Below, piece by piece: positions 7,937 to 18,505 of a DNA stretch of 64,000 bases. The position numbers and the translations under genes were made by a program. The stretch is taken from the IMG/VR virus record IMGVR_UViG_3300045988_092366; one strand, 5' to 3'. The DNA comes from a virus. The notes under the pieces are model-generated. The model saw nothing but the letters and a program-made list of their open reading frames with translations, did no database searches and was not told the origin of the DNA. How positions within the stretch are numbered: the first letter of the stretch is position 1; the number at the start of each line of letters is the position of its first letter.

Positions 7937-9133
7937 TTAAATTTTAATCCATATCTTACATGTATCGCTAGTAGGCTTTGTGCTAGATATGGTTATAATA
8001 TCGCTCGCTGCCTTGGCATTGAGCTTTGTGTTCATTTCACTTTCAGTATAGTAGCGGTCATCGTGAGAATGGCTAGAGTTGGCTTTACCGTTTAGTTTGG
8101 TATTAACTTCACTTTCAGTGTAATATCTATCATCGTGAGTGTGACTTGGAAGGTCAGCTGCCACAAGTTTTCTAAACGATGCTTTTCCGTTGGAACCACT
8201 TGGAGCAGCTAATATAGTATTAGCGGTTCTATCTGTTTGAGCACTATAAATATATGAACCCCAGTCACTAACATCTGTCATTTTGTGAGTGTGACCTGAT
8301 GGAGAAAACGTTGAAGGTTTACCACTAACATTACCCCATGAGACACTATTGGCAGAACCAGCACTGCTAGCATATGCAACTTTACCAATATCATAACCAG
8401 TAGCTTGTGCAGTGTATGCCCTTGTATCCATTGCAGCTCGGGGTTCATCGTTCATTAGCTGCCAAGAAGAGCCGTTACCACCACGAGTGCTGTTTGCTAA
8501 AATTCGGATATTACACGAATTATATGTACCAGTAGCATGAAAATATAAATCAGCATATCCAACAGTTGATTTAGCAGAATGTATTTTTAAAATAAATTGG
8601 TCTGGTTCATATCCATATCTACAAAGCCATTGAACAGTTCCATGAGTAGCCACAGCGCTTTCAGATACATTCTCATTGCGGAAACGGACTGCTAGAATGC
8701 CAAATCCACCATTTTCGTAACCAGAATCTACACACAATACAACGCTACCATCGAACCAATTTTGCGCTGATTCTATTTTCAAACAACGCCAATATGGTTT
8801 AGCAGCGCTAGATTGAGTAACATATCTTACAGTGCCATTTAGAGATTTTGTATAATTGGCAGTTCCAGAAATATTACATGTTACAACATTTCCTTCTGGA
8901 TTATATTTAAAATTATCATTATGGACTCTGTGAGTGTCATTGCCACTATCTGAAAACCAAATTGGCCTTAATGCATTTGCTGTCGCATTACCATAATTTT
9001 TTACAGCATTAGCAGCACCTCCTGCGGAATCTGCACCCGCATAATTATGGCTATGACTAGCAGCTGCTGCTCCCACCATGTCTGGAGTCCACTCTTTAAA
9101 AGACCCACCGCTAGGATAATATGCTTTAGCCAA
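7937..9133 (-). CDS. Tail fibre (398 aa), TTG start, HxH repeats 'SHTHDDRYYTESEVNTKLN', C-terminus ...KPTSDTCKIWIKI
   Basis: TTG start directly preceded by ATG-TAA. The repeat motif is shared with 9202..11337. Confidence 0.5.
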   Translation of the reverse strand: MAKAYYPSGGSFKEWTPDMVGAAAASHSHNYAGADSAGGAANAVKNYGNATANALRPIWFSDSGNDTHRVHNDNFKYNPEGNVVTCNISGTANYTKSLNGTVRYVTQSSAAKPYWRCLKIESAQNWFDGSVVLCVDSGYENGGFGILAVRFRNENVSESAVATHGTVQWLCRYGYEPDQFILKIHSAKSTVGYADLYFHATGTYNSCNIRILANSTRGGNGSSWQLMNDEPRAAMDTRAYTAQATGYDIGKVAYASSAGSANSVSWGNVSGKPSTFSPSGHTHKMTDVSDWGSYIYSAQTDRTANTILAAPSGSNGKASFRKLVAADLPSHTHDDRYYTESEVNTKLNGKANSSHSHDDRYYTESEMNTKLNAKAASDIITISSTKPTSDTCKIWIKI

Positions 9134-9141
9134 TTACATCG

Positions 9142-9151
9142 CCCCCCCCCC
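9142..9151 (-). repeat. G10 homopolymer tract, 9 nt upstream of the TTG start, inside mini-ORF MKNILTQRTFSEVCWGGGDVIG
   Basis: Counted in the sequence. Confidence 0.9.
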
Positions 9152-9201
9152 AGCAGACCTCACTAAAGGTGCGCTGTGTTAAAATATTCTTCATATTATC
9201 A

Positions 9202-11337
9202 CTATACCTTAATCCATAATTTACAAGTACTTGCGTTAGGCTGCGAAGAAGATACGATAACCTCTTCTGGTCGCCAAGTATTGGTGTTGGTATCTGTAAG
9301 AGCAATAGTCGCGTTACCAGACTGATTGAGCGTAAAACTGCCCTTATTCGTACCATTCTGTGTGATTGTAACAGTGCCATTACCAACAGAAGGAATTGAC
9401 GGTCTGCCAGAAATTTCAGACCAAGAATAGGAAGGTTTACTTGAAGCCTTAGCCCAAGCATAAACGTCACTAGCTGGCATAGAGGACGGTCTACCAGAAA
9501 CATTGCTCCATGCGACAGAACCAGCTGTGTTAGCATGACTTACAGATTGCGAACCGATAGTAGCAGAAGTGATAATTTCCTGCGAGCTGCCACCAGTAGG
9601 TAGATAAGTCGTATTGGTAGAATTCTTGCCAGCATTAAAATTAGTATCTGTATCGTAAGCGAATACTAGGCGTTCATCGCCTGCTAAGTTGCCGACAGTC
9701 CAAGCGCCCTTAGCTGTCTTTTGACCTACAACTGGATTGTATGACTGTGAATTGGCAGTAGAACCAAAAACGATAGCATTAATACGACCTTGAATCCAAC
9801 TGCCACCAGCACCACGAAGGATGCGGCCAGTCATTGTACCACCAGCAAGAGGTAGATAAGAGTGAGAGTGGCTTGCAGGAGCAGCACCTACATCACCAGC
9901 AGAAAGTGTGATATTAGCACTTAAAGCCTTACCATTGACTGTGCGGCTAGCTGGAACATATGAACTAAACTTATCGTTCAAGGCTTTACCCTGTGCCGCA
10001 GACAGTGATTGGTCGGTAGCAGTAGAAGTAAGATTATTCTGAACAGGACGCCAAGTATTTGTATCTGTAGAATGTACTGTAATATTACCACTTGCGTCAG
10101 ATGTTACAGAAGTAGCGCCAGTACCTTTAATAACCACACCACTACGGAAAGTATTATTATCTGTAACATTGATATAAGTGTTACCGTTTGTAGTAGCAGC
10201 ATTTGCAGTGCCACTTTTTGCGCCAGCTACGATATTGGTAGTATAATGAGTATTTGTATCTGTCTTTGGCGGGGTGTAGCCAAGAGCAGTAGTAACATTA
10301 GCGCTTGTAAGTTCGCCACGAATTGTCGCAGAAGACTTATTCTCTACACTACCAAGACCCAAATCGGCTTTTGTAGTCTTGTGCGGATTGCCAGTAGATG
10401 TGGAGTGGTTATATGCAGCACGAGATTCATCACCATAACCAGCAGTGGAATGAGTTGTACCGAGGGCAATAGTTTCAGAAATTACGACATATGTGCTACC
10501 GCTCCAACGATAGGTTTTGTTGTTGCTAAGGTCAACATAAATCTTACCAGCTTCGGCTTTGATTTCACCAGAATATGCGCCACTAGAGCTTTTTGTGGTA
10601 TAGAATTTGCCACCATTTAAATAACCTTCGATAACATCATCGACATAGCTTGGAAGATGCGCTGCATCAATTACACCGCTAATGCGCGAAGCAGGAAGAT
10701 TACCACTAACTTCACTAATAGTATAGCTAGGCTTGCTTGACTGCTTAGCCCATGAATAGACATCGCTCGCTGGCATACTAGTTGGGAAGTCTGTAATCTG
10801 AGCTTTTGTATGTGTGTGGCTTGAATTAGCTTTTGCATTCAGCTTTGTATTGATTTCGCTCTCAGTATAATACCTATCATCATGAGTATGGCCTGTATTA
10901 GACTTGCCGTCAAGTGCAGATTTAATGACCTTATTCTGTACAGGATTCATTGAAGTAGTAGAAAGTTCTGCATCAACAGTAACGTGATTTGAACCTGCGG
11001 CAACACCGTCAAGTTTAGCCTTGTCTGCGGCAGACATAAGACCTGCGGCACTGGCAGTAGCATTGCCGTATACAGTATTTGAATCTGTAACATTAAATGT
11101 GCTACCATCGCTACCTCTAAGAGTGATTGTACTACCGCTCTTGGTTAAGTTATAAGTTGTATTTGTATTGATATTATCTTTAATCTGAATCAGAGAGGAT
11201 GAAGAAATACCCATCCACAAAGTGCCGGTATCGGTGGCAACATACAATGCACCGTCCAATACTTTATTTTCGGCAGTGAGTGCTTTGATATTAGGTTCTT
11301 TATCTCTGATAAATTTTACTCTTGCTATCTTGCTCAC
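9202..11337 (-). CDS. Long tail fibre (711 aa) with internal repeats (SGRPSSMPASDVYAWAKxSSKPSY), C-terminus ...QPNASTCKLWIKV
   Basis: Repeat motifs and 'HTHDDRYYTESEINTKLNAKANSSHTH' are shared with 7937..9133. Confidence 0.55.
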   Translation of the reverse strand: MSKIARVKFIRDKEPNIKALTAENKVLDGALYVATDTGTLWMGISSSSLIQIKDNINTNTTYNLTKSGSTITLRGSDGSTFNVTDSNTVYGNATASAAGLMSAADKAKLDGVAAGSNHVTVDAELSTTSMNPVQNKVIKSALDGKSNTGHTHDDRYYTESEINTKLNAKANSSHTHTKAQITDFPTSMPASDVYSWAKQSSKPSYTISEVSGNLPASRISGVIDAAHLPSYVDDVIEGYLNGGKFYTTKSSSGAYSGEIKAEAGKIYVDLSNNKTYRWSGSTYVVISETIALGTTHSTAGYGDESRAAYNHSTSTGNPHKTTKADLGLGSVENKSSATIRGELTSANVTTALGYTPPKTDTNTHYTTNIVAGAKSGTANAATTNGNTYINVTDNNTFRSGVVIKGTGATSVTSDASGNITVHSTDTNTWRPVQNNLTSTATDQSLSAAQGKALNDKFSSYVPASRTVNGKALSANITLSAGDVGAAPASHSHSYLPLAGGTMTGRILRGAGGSWIQGRINAIVFGSTANSQSYNPVVGQKTAKGAWTVGNLAGDERLVFAYDTDTNFNAGKNSTNTTYLPTGGSSQEIITSATIGSQSVSHANTAGSVAWSNVSGRPSSMPASDVYAWAKASSKPSYSWSEISGRPSIPSVGNGTVTITQNGTNKGSFTLNQSGNATIALTDTNTNTWRPEEVIVSSSQPNASTCKLWIKV

Positions 11338-11352
11338 ATCCTTTCTGATATA

Positions 11353-12114
11353 TTATTTAATAGAAGACCAAGTTAAATCATCTGGCGTAGCAAAATCAGA
11401 AGCATCATGATATGCGGCAGATTTTAAACCATATACTGCCACAGATTTATCTTTAACTTTAATTGTACCATTTGCAGTGCCAGTAGTGATAGATGGAACT
11501 GTCAAAACATCAGATGGCAAAATGCCGCTTGCAACGGTATCGACATATGCTTTAGTGGCAATGTCATTATCGTCATTGATGACTTGACCAGCCGCGTATT
11601 TAATTTTACCAGATAAAGTACCACCAGTAAGAGGAAGATATTTCGCTTTCTCTTGGTCGGTATATGCCTTTGCATCTTTAAGGGCTTTATCTGCCTTTAC
11701 TTGTGCGTCTGTTGAAGACGCACCAGATGCAGTCTTAATTGCTGAATTCATCTCACTCTTGGTTGGATAGTTCGATAAGTCGGTCTTAGAGCCACCTAGC
11801 TTTTCAAACTTACCATTAACCCAAAAATATTCAGTATATTCATTGCTGGATTCAGTCAAATCTGGCAACATATAAATTGTATTTTCTTCGCCAGTAGAAG
11901 GAAGAGTTGACCCTTTTGCCAGCACAACACGTTTAAGATGCGGCGCACCTGCTACTGCATTTGCAATAGCCGTGTTCATAGCATCTTTTTTAACATATTC
12001 TGCTGGAACTTTATCACTCGGAATGTTAACATCCCAGTTAATATCAGAAGCATCTACGAGTTTGAAAGTGCCGTTATTCTTTTGTTTGATTTTATCAATA
12101 AGTTGAACAGGCAT
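11353..12114 (-). CDS. Fibre-like protein (253 aa) sharing a 'HLKRxxL...TIYM(L/V)PD' domain with 12957..14369 and 14812..16164
   Basis: Motif comparison by eye. Confidence 0.4.
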   Translation of the reverse strand: MPVQLIDKIKQKNNGTFKLVDASDINWDVNIPSDKVPAEYVKKDAMNTAIANAVAGAPHLKRVVLAKGSTLPSTGEENTIYMLPDLTESSNEYTEYFWVNGKFEKLGGSKTDLSNYPTKSEMNSAIKTASGASSTDAQVKADKALKDAKAYTDQEKAKYLPLTGGTLSGKIKYAAGQVINDDNDIATKAYVDTVASGILPSDVLTVPSITTGTANGTIKVKDKSVAVYGLKSAAYHDASDFATPDDLTWSSIK

Positions 12115-12932
12115 TATTTCACCTCCACCGTAGTTGCACCTAATCCTGCATTAGTTGACCTATAGATATTATAAGAAGCGGTATAGCCACTTGCATTTGT
12201 GAAATCAAAAGTCTTTACTTTGTTGAAGCCACCCTCGAAACCTCCAACATAAAATGCGGGAGTTCCAAAAGAAGCAGGAATAGCAAAATAAATATACTGC
12301 TCAGCATTAGCTGTGACGCTCCATGAACCCGTGCGACCAGACACTAAATTTCTAGTAAGCCCTTTGACAAACGCCGCATCTATCTTAGAAGTATCTGTTA
12401 TATTGCTCACGCCATAGTATTTACCATTTAAAAAGTAAATTGTAGTCTGCTTAGTAGATGTGGCTTTGCGAGCGTCAGTAGCAGTCAAAGTAAATGCGGT
12501 CGTTGCGGTAAGAGGTGCCGCAAATGTAATTGCCGCAGTTCCAGATTGCGTCTTGTTGATTTCAAATGATTGACCACCTGCTGTAATTGTCAGTTTAGAA
12601 GGTTGTTTATTCAAATTCCAAGAGAAGTTGGAAGATGGAAGACGAGAACCTATTTCAAGTGTGCCGCTATTGTTAGAAAAACTATTAACGGACATTGCTT
12701 TATAAATTGAAAGTGTGCCGTCAGAGGTAATATCAAAATCTCCGCTTGGCTTGATAATACCTGCGGCAGAGCCGGTGGCAATTTTAATATCGCCACAGCT
12801 GTATTTGATATTATTTTTCATGATACTCGTGGTATCTGAAAGAAAATAGATTCCGTTGGGGTCTATTTTGGTAGACCCCAACGCATCATACTCTGATTGC
12901 ACGCCTGTGTAAAATCTAATATCAGCAGACAT
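12114..12932 (-). CDS. Fibre/baseplate-associated protein (272 aa)
   Basis: Start overlaps the preceding stop. Confidence 0.3.
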   Translation of the reverse strand: MSADIRFYTGVQSEYDALGSTKIDPNGIYFLSDTTSIMKNNIKYSCGDIKIATGSAAGIIKPSGDFDITSDGTLSIYKAMSVNSFSNNSGTLEIGSRLPSSNFSWNLNKQPSKLTITAGGQSFEINKTQSGTAAITFAAPLTATTAFTLTATDARKATSTKQTTIYFLNGKYYGVSNITDTSKIDAAFVKGLTRNLVSGRTGSWSVTANAEQYIYFAIPASFGTPAFYVGGFEGGFNKVKTFDFTNASGYTASYNIYRSTNAGLGATTVEVK

Positions 12933-12956
12933 ACAATCTCCTTAATCTAATTTAAA

Positions 12957-14369
12957 TTAGAGTGTTTGCCATTCAATTAGGCCGTTAGCATATTCTTTAG
13001 CAGAAGCAAGAGCGTTATTGGCCTTAGTTGTAGCATCTGCGGCAGCAGCGTCAACGGCTTCGGTCTTTTTTGTGTCAGCATAGGTTTTAGCTTCAGTAAG
13101 AGCACCAGCAGCAGCACCAGAAGCATCAAAGGCACCGCTGTTTTGATAAGCAGCAGAGCCTAGACCCTTAACAGCAACGTCTGAACCCTTAACAGAGATT
13201 GTACCATTAGCAGTGCCAGAAACAACATCTGCGGCCTGAACAGCAGAGTCAGCTTTGGCGCCTTGGGCGGCAGTAGCATAATTCTTGGCTAGACCATCGG
13301 AATAAGCCTTGGCATCTTCAAGAGCCTTATCAGCTTTTTTACCAGCTTCGGTAATAGCAGCAGCTTGAGCAGCGTCAGCCTTTGTGGTGGCATCTGCTGC
13401 GGCGGTAGCAATGGCAGCAGCCTTAGCGGCATCTGCCTTAGTCTGAGCGTCAGTAGCAGCTTCACCCTTAGCGGTAGAGATAGCATCAGTTACTTGGTCT
13501 TTGGTGAAGTAGTTGCCAAGGTCTACGTCAGAAGTACCAATACGCTCAAAGGCACCATTGACAAGCATGTATTCAGTATAAACAGACTTGTTGGAGCCTG
13601 CGGTATCGGTGCTACCAGCATCGGGAACCATATAGATAGTATCTTCGTTGGCTTCGGAAACCTCGGGAAGAACGCTAACGATTTCACGCTTGAGGTGGTG
13701 CGCATTAGCTACGGCAGCAGCAATAGCGGTATTGGCTTCATCCTTTGTATAGGCATCGGCGATACCGTAACCAGCAAGGGTAGTAGCTTTGTCAGCTTTC
13801 TTGTCGATGTTGGCCTGTAGCTCGGTTTTAGCAGCGGTAACCTGTTTGGTGGTTTCAGCAGCAGCTGCTTCAATAGCTTCTGTCTTCTTAGTGGCAGAAT
13901 CAGCTTTGGCATCTTCTAGAGCTTTGTCGGCTTTAGAAGTGGCGTCTGTGGCAGCGGCGGCGATAGCAGCAGCCTGAGCATCAGCGGCAGCTTTCTTGAT
14001 AGAGCCTTCGCCCTCACCTTGAATAACCGTTAATTTTCCATCTGCGGCAGAAATATTATTTTCAGCAGTAGTAACACGCTGGGTAAGAGCAGAAAGGTCT
14101 GCGGCAACGGTTGTTGGCTTAACAACTGTAATATACTTGGTGCCGTCCCAATAGGCAACGTTGTCTCCATTATCACCTACAATATATAGGGTATTAATTT
14201 TACCCTGCGTAGGAAGTGCGCTTACTTTTTCGTAAATACCACCAGAGTATGGTGTATTACCTTTGTAAATGCGCTGCTCTTCTTCTACAAAATAAAGAGT
14301 ATTAGCGTCTTTATTTTCAAGGCCTTGGTAGCCAGCAAGAGTAGCAGCTACAAATTTAACTTGACTCAT
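12957..14369 (-). CDS. Tail fibre paralog A (470 aa), Ala-rich coiled-coil with AKAYTD/KADKATTLAGYGIADAYTK motifs
   Basis: Shares protein motifs and about 100 nt of DNA similarity with 14812..16164. Confidence 0.45.
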   Translation of the reverse strand: MSQVKFVAATLAGYQGLENKDANTLYFVEEEQRIYKGNTPYSGGIYEKVSALPTQGKINTLYIVGDNGDNVAYWDGTKYITVVKPTTVAADLSALTQRVTTAENNISAADGKLTVIQGEGEGSIKKAAADAQAAAIAAAATDATSKADKALEDAKADSATKKTEAIEAAAAETTKQVTAAKTELQANIDKKADKATTLAGYGIADAYTKDEANTAIAAAVANAHHLKREIVSVLPEVSEANEDTIYMVPDAGSTDTAGSNKSVYTEYMLVNGAFERIGTSDVDLGNYFTKDQVTDAISTAKGEAATDAQTKADAAKAAAIATAAADATTKADAAQAAAITEAGKKADKALEDAKAYSDGLAKNYATAAQGAKADSAVQAADVVSGTANGTISVKGSDVAVKGLGSAAYQNSGAFDASGAAAGALTEAKTYADTKKTEAVDAAAADATTKANNALASAKEYANGLIEWQTL

Positions 14370-14380
14370 TCACGTCTCCT

Positions 14381-14803
14381 TTAAATAGTTGTCCATTCTG
14401 TATTATTAGCAACACACATATATGTATGAAGGGCCGCATTCCATTTATAAATTGCTTTATCGGCAATATATAACATAGTTTCTTTTCCTTCTTTTGGAAA
14501 ATCTTCAACAGAAGTACCAAAAGCTATGGTTTGTAAATTAGAAGGAGTAAGCTGTTTCCACCCGTCTTTATAACGCCACATTACGCCAGTTTCTTCTACA
14601 TAATAGTAGCCTTCAACTGGCGCTAATTTATCAATTCTATCTTTGTCTGTAGGAAATTCTTGGATACAATTGTATTTAATTCGTAGACCGTTATAATCTA
14701 AATAGAGTTGACGTGTATCGGAAACAAAAACTAAATTTCCATCGCTAACTGGTAATTTATTTAATTTTGCGGCCACAGTTGTATATACACGAACTACAGC
14801 CAT
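14381..14803 (-). CDS. Hypothetical small structural protein (140 aa)
   Basis: ORF in the operon. Confidence 0.3.
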   Translation of the reverse strand: MAVVRVYTTVAAKLNKLPVSDGNLVFVSDTRQLYLDYNGLRIKYNCIQEFPTDKDRIDKLAPVEGYYYVEETGVMWRYKDGWKQLTPSNLQTIAFGTSVEDFPKEGKETMLYIADKAIYKWNAALHTYMCVANNTEWTTI

Positions 14804-14811
14804 TTTAACTC

Positions 14812-16164
14812 CTAAACTTCTACAATTGTTAAAGCGTTATCCGTGTAAGTTTTAGAAGTTTCAATGGCTTCTTTCTTTGCTGCTGCAATTGCTTCTGCAC
14901 TAGCAGTTCCACCGGAACCTACGCTTGTATCAATATACTGCTTAATAGTAGTACCTTCGGCAATGTCACCGACTTTTTCAGAAAGAATAGTCTTTACTTG
15001 AGCAGCATCGACTTTAGTATTTAAATTCTCTTGGATGGGAGAAATTTGACCATCGGTATATGCTTTAGCTTGTTCAAGTGTCGTAGCACCTTGCGTATCG
15101 GTATATGCTTTTGCATCTTCAAGAGCTTTAGCAGCGGCACCAGCTTTTTCATAATTAGCAGCAAGACCGTCGGCATATTCTTTTGCGCTTGTCAGAGTGG
15201 CAGTATCTTTTTCAACAGCAGCGGCAATGGCAGCAGCTTGAGCCGCATCGGCTTTTTTCTGCGCTTCTGCAATTGCAGCAGTTTGTGCGGTATCTGCCTT
15301 GGTCTGAGCGTCAGTAGCGGCAGCATCAATTGCAGCTTGCTTGGCGGTCGCAACTTCATCTTTAGTCGCGTAATCAGAAAGGTCTACCTTACTGTCACCG
15401 ATTTTTTCAAATTTCTTGACTTCACTAGCTACAACGAGAATGTATTCATCATAATGGTCATCAACTGGAACCATATAGATAGTATTAGCATCAGCTTCAT
15501 CGACAGCAGGGAGAGCATCGACAATAGCACGCTTTAAATGGTCTGCTTTCGCAATAGCAGAAGCGATTGCAGTATCAGTTGCTTCTTTTGTATAAGCATC
15601 AGCAATGCCGTATCCAGCCAAAGTAGTTGCTTTATCAGCCTTGTCAGCGACAGTAGTATCTGTATATGCCTTTGCATCTACAAGAGCTTTCTTTACAGAA
15701 CCTTCACCTTCACCAGTCAAGCTATCTAATTTAGCTTGAATAGCTTCAATGGTTGCTTTAAGATTCTCAACTTGTTCAAAAATTACCTTGAAACCAGAAC
15801 CAGTATAGATATATCCTTTGTTATCTGTAGTATTAATATAGATAACACCTTGTTCTTGGTCGGTTTCTGGAAGAGCTTCTACTACCTTAACATACTCTTT
15901 TACCTTGGTTGGGTCAATTTCACCATCAATTCCAATAGGAGAAAGATTAAAACCTGTACCCTCAGCTTTTGGTTGAAGCATATATGCTTTATACTTACCA
16001 TCAACCAATGCGGTAATGACTTGACCGCCATAAGCAATAGCTGAATCTGCATAGGTCTGTGCGGCTGCTAATGTCTCATGGACACTCGAAGCATCAAGTG
16101 GAAGAGCATTACCACGAGAATAGGCTTTTACAGCAACCAATAGTTTTGTGCTATCAATAGCCAT
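14812..16164 (-). CDS. Tail fibre paralog B (450 aa)
   Basis: Same motifs as 12957..14369. Confidence 0.45.
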   Translation of the reverse strand: MAIDSTKLLVAVKAYSRGNALPLDASSVHETLAAAQTYADSAIAYGGQVITALVDGKYKAYMLQPKAEGTGFNLSPIGIDGEIDPTKVKEYVKVVEALPETDQEQGVIYINTTDNKGYIYTGSGFKVIFEQVENLKATIEAIQAKLDSLTGEGEGSVKKALVDAKAYTDTTVADKADKATTLAGYGIADAYTKEATDTAIASAIAKADHLKRAIVDALPAVDEADANTIYMVPVDDHYDEYILVVASEVKKFEKIGDSKVDLSDYATKDEVATAKQAAIDAAATDAQTKADTAQTAAIAEAQKKADAAQAAAIAAAVEKDTATLTSAKEYADGLAANYEKAGAAAKALEDAKAYTDTQGATTLEQAKAYTDGQISPIQENLNTKVDAAQVKTILSEKVGDIAEGTTIKQYIDTSVGSGGTASAEAIAAAKKEAIETSKTYTDNALTIVEV

Positions 16165-16180
16165 AATTTATAACTCCTTT

Positions 16181-17185
16181 CTAAATGGTTACTGTAAATG
16201 TCATTGGAGCTGCGGCAGGAGCAGCCATAGCGTAGCTATAGACTTTATAGTTTGCAGCTGTTGCTCCGTTGGCACCTTCGACAGACACGGTCTGCTTGGC
16301 AAAGCTAGAAGCCATGCTAATATCATTTGTTTCTTCATATTTCACTTGGCTTACATCACGAAGAGCCGCAGGATAGGCGAAAACAATATATTGTTGCCCT
16401 TGAGCGACTTTAATGGTAAGTTTGGTACCAGCAGTAGGATTAAGAGACTTACCAGTAAGACCACGTACAATTGCAGAATTTAGCTCAGGTACAGAGCCTA
16501 CACCAGTGCCATAAAAGGCATTTCGCTTTCCAACATAAGAAAGTGCATTTGATGTAATAGAACCAGCAGTAATATGACCAGCTGGGGAATCATCTCCAAG
16601 ATTATCTTGCTTGATTGCACCCTCGGCATAAGAAGCAATAGCTTTAAAAGAAGTGGTACCTTCTCCAATAGTAATTGAATGGTCAGATAGAACTAGTGGG
16701 CTAGTAGTACCCTCAAGTACGTCTACAGTACCATCAGAAATTTTAATTGCGGTAAGAGCGCCAGCATCTTGCTTCGTAAAGTTTGCTGTCATTGTTGCTG
16801 CAAGGGTAGTACCAACTTCATAATTGCCCGGTTGAGCGCCTTTTGAAACCGCAAGAGAAATCTTAGGTGCAATATATGTAGCAGGTACACGTTTCATAAT
16901 AATCTTTTTAATTAATGCATCTAAATCAGTACCAGCTTCAATAACATCGCCAGTCTTGATACCGCCAACACTTCCACCAACGCCTAGTTGAACAGTGTGA
17001 GCCTGTTTAGATTTAGCGTTGCCAAGTGTATGCGGCACTTTAGAATCATCTACATAAATCATATTATCTTCTGTAGAAATAACGACACTATTTGTACCAA
17101 TAGTCCCAGCGGTAATACTATCATTTAGTTTTGTTTCAGAACCATGAAAAAAACTAATTTTTTTTGCATTTTCTGCATCAGCCAT
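16181..17185 (-). CDS. Fibre/baseplate protein (334 aa), Gly/Thr/Ala-rich
   Basis: ORF with AGG-type RBS. Confidence 0.35.
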   Translation of the reverse strand: MADAENAKKISFFHGSETKLNDSITAGTIGTNSVVISTEDNMIYVDDSKVPHTLGNAKSKQAHTVQLGVGGSVGGIKTGDVIEAGTDLDALIKKIIMKRVPATYIAPKISLAVSKGAQPGNYEVGTTLAATMTANFTKQDAGALTAIKISDGTVDVLEGTTSPLVLSDHSITIGEGTTSFKAIASYAEGAIKQDNLGDDSPAGHITAGSITSNALSYVGKRNAFYGTGVGSVPELNSAIVRGLTGKSLNPTAGTKLTIKVAQGQQYIVFAYPAALRDVSQVKYEETNDISMASSFAKQTVSVEGANGATAANYKVYSYAMAAPAAAPMTFTVTI

Positions 17186-17248
17186 ATGTTTGTAACCCCT
17201 CTCTATTGAGTATAAAAATTTTTATATATATAAAAATAAACCATATAG

Positions 17249-17857
17249 CTAAAATTCTCGAATCTTAACTTCTGCGCTGATAGCTATCTGGTCTAATTTA
17301 TTTTCTACTGAAACGGCTTTATCATATGCACTTGTTGCAATTTGTTTGATTTCTTTTGTTTCCTTTGTCCATTCTTGAAATTCTTTACGTTGTTCATTCA
17401 TTTGTTTTTCCATCTTGTCCCCAAGAGTAGCAAGATGGATTACAGCATTTTGAAAAGCGCTAAAATCATCAGAAACGACAAACGCAGAGCCGTCATTTGG
17501 GTCGGACAATACATGTACAAGAAAATTCGTGCTAGAAGCAATTGATACCGAATCAACTAATTCGACACAACAAAGCACGTCTCCTTCATGTAACATGGCT
17601 TGCGGCCATTTAATTTCCCATACGATAGGGTCTTCATGTGTTTTTGTAAAAACATTATATCCTTTTATATCTAGTTGAACATGCCGCCAACTCAAATAAA
17701 CTTTTGTATCTGCGACACATTGCGCAGCAGCTTCTTGGTCGAAAATAATTCTAAAAGTACGACCATTTGCATCTGCGCCGCCAGCCACAATAGGGTCTTG
17801 AATGTCTTGGTCAAGAGACTTTAAATTGACTGTAACTGCTTTTAATTCCTGACTCAT
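17249..17857 (-). CDS. Hypothetical protein (202 aa) with coiled-coil C-terminus
   Basis: Start overlaps the stop of the upstream gene. Confidence 0.3.
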   Translation of the reverse strand: MSQELKAVTVNLKSLDQDIQDPIVAGGADANGRTFRIIFDQEAAAQCVADTKVYLSWRHVQLDIKGYNVFTKTHEDPIVWEIKWPQAMLHEGDVLCCVELVDSVSIASSTNFLVHVLSDPNDGSAFVVSDDFSAFQNAVIHLATLGDKMEKQMNEQRKEFQEWTKETKEIKQIATSAYDKAVSVENKLDQIAISAEVKIREF

Positions 17858-18382
17858 TTATTCACCCCTTTCATTGTTCTTTTGGCTTACAATAAATTGT
17901 GGATTGGAAAGATTGATTCTCGGTAGTTCGCGTATCTCTTCCATTAAGCCATCAATGAATGAGTTGCCGCCTGCCGCTTTATAATATAAATATCTACGCT
18001 CTAGAGATTCTAGATTAAGGTCATCAATAGCCTTAATTTCATAGCAAAAATAGTGATGCTTGTCAATGATATAACTGCGGGAGTTCTCCTGCAATCTTTC
18101 AAGAGTAAGTTTTTCATGCTCTTGGAGTGCTTTAATATCATTCGATTGGTTGCTAATTTCTTGGCTAAGCCTTTTAATGTCTGCTTGCAACGAAGCAATA
18201 CTTTCTATAATCTCAGAGTGCTGTGTATCTTTAAGTGTCTGATAATTGAAGAATTTTTTTAATTTATTATAAAAATATTCCAATAGTTCACTTAAAAATT
18301 TAAAAGCAACAGCTAAAGTCACAACTAGCATAACGATAGCTCCGAAAGAGTATTGCGACACTAGTTGCGACAAAGCATCCAT
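17858..18382 (-). CDS. Membrane-anchored coiled-coil protein (about 175 aa, start at MDALSQ...). The ORF track over-extends it through a terminator.
   Basis: TM helix FGAIVMLVVTLAVAF followed by a long coiled-coil. Preceded by the terminator at 18462-18493 and an AT-rich promoter-like spacer. Confidence 0.35.
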   Translation of the reverse strand: MDALSQLVSQYSFGAIVMLVVTLAVAFKFLSELLEYFYNKLKKFFNYQTLKDTQHSEIIESIASLQADIKRLSQEISNQSNDIKALQEHEKLTLERLQENSRSYIIDKHHYFCYEIKAIDDLNLESLERRYLYYKAAGGNSFIDGLMEEIRELPRINLSNPQFIVSQKNNERGE

Positions 18383-18461
18383 TCTCGGCAATATCCCTTC
18401 TTCTCTACATAATCTAATATAATATGAAAATAATTTATATTTGATTTTAGGAATTTGCCCA

Positions 18462-18493
18462 TAAAAAAATGAGGGAAACATAAAGTTTCCCTC
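18462..18493 (-). terminator. Rho-independent terminator inside the tip-gene array
   Basis: gagggaaac-ataaa-gtttccctc followed by a T-run on the minus strand. Confidence 0.65.
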
Positions 18494-18505
18494 GAATAAA
18501 ATAAA

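Noticed and set aside
17858-18481. Track start for ORF 17858..18481 (MFPSFFYGQ...) and TTG start at 27028 for ORF 26030..27028.
   Set aside because: Both extensions run through intrinsic terminator hairpins. Internal starts with better context (ATG 18382; RBS-TTG 26974) were used instead.
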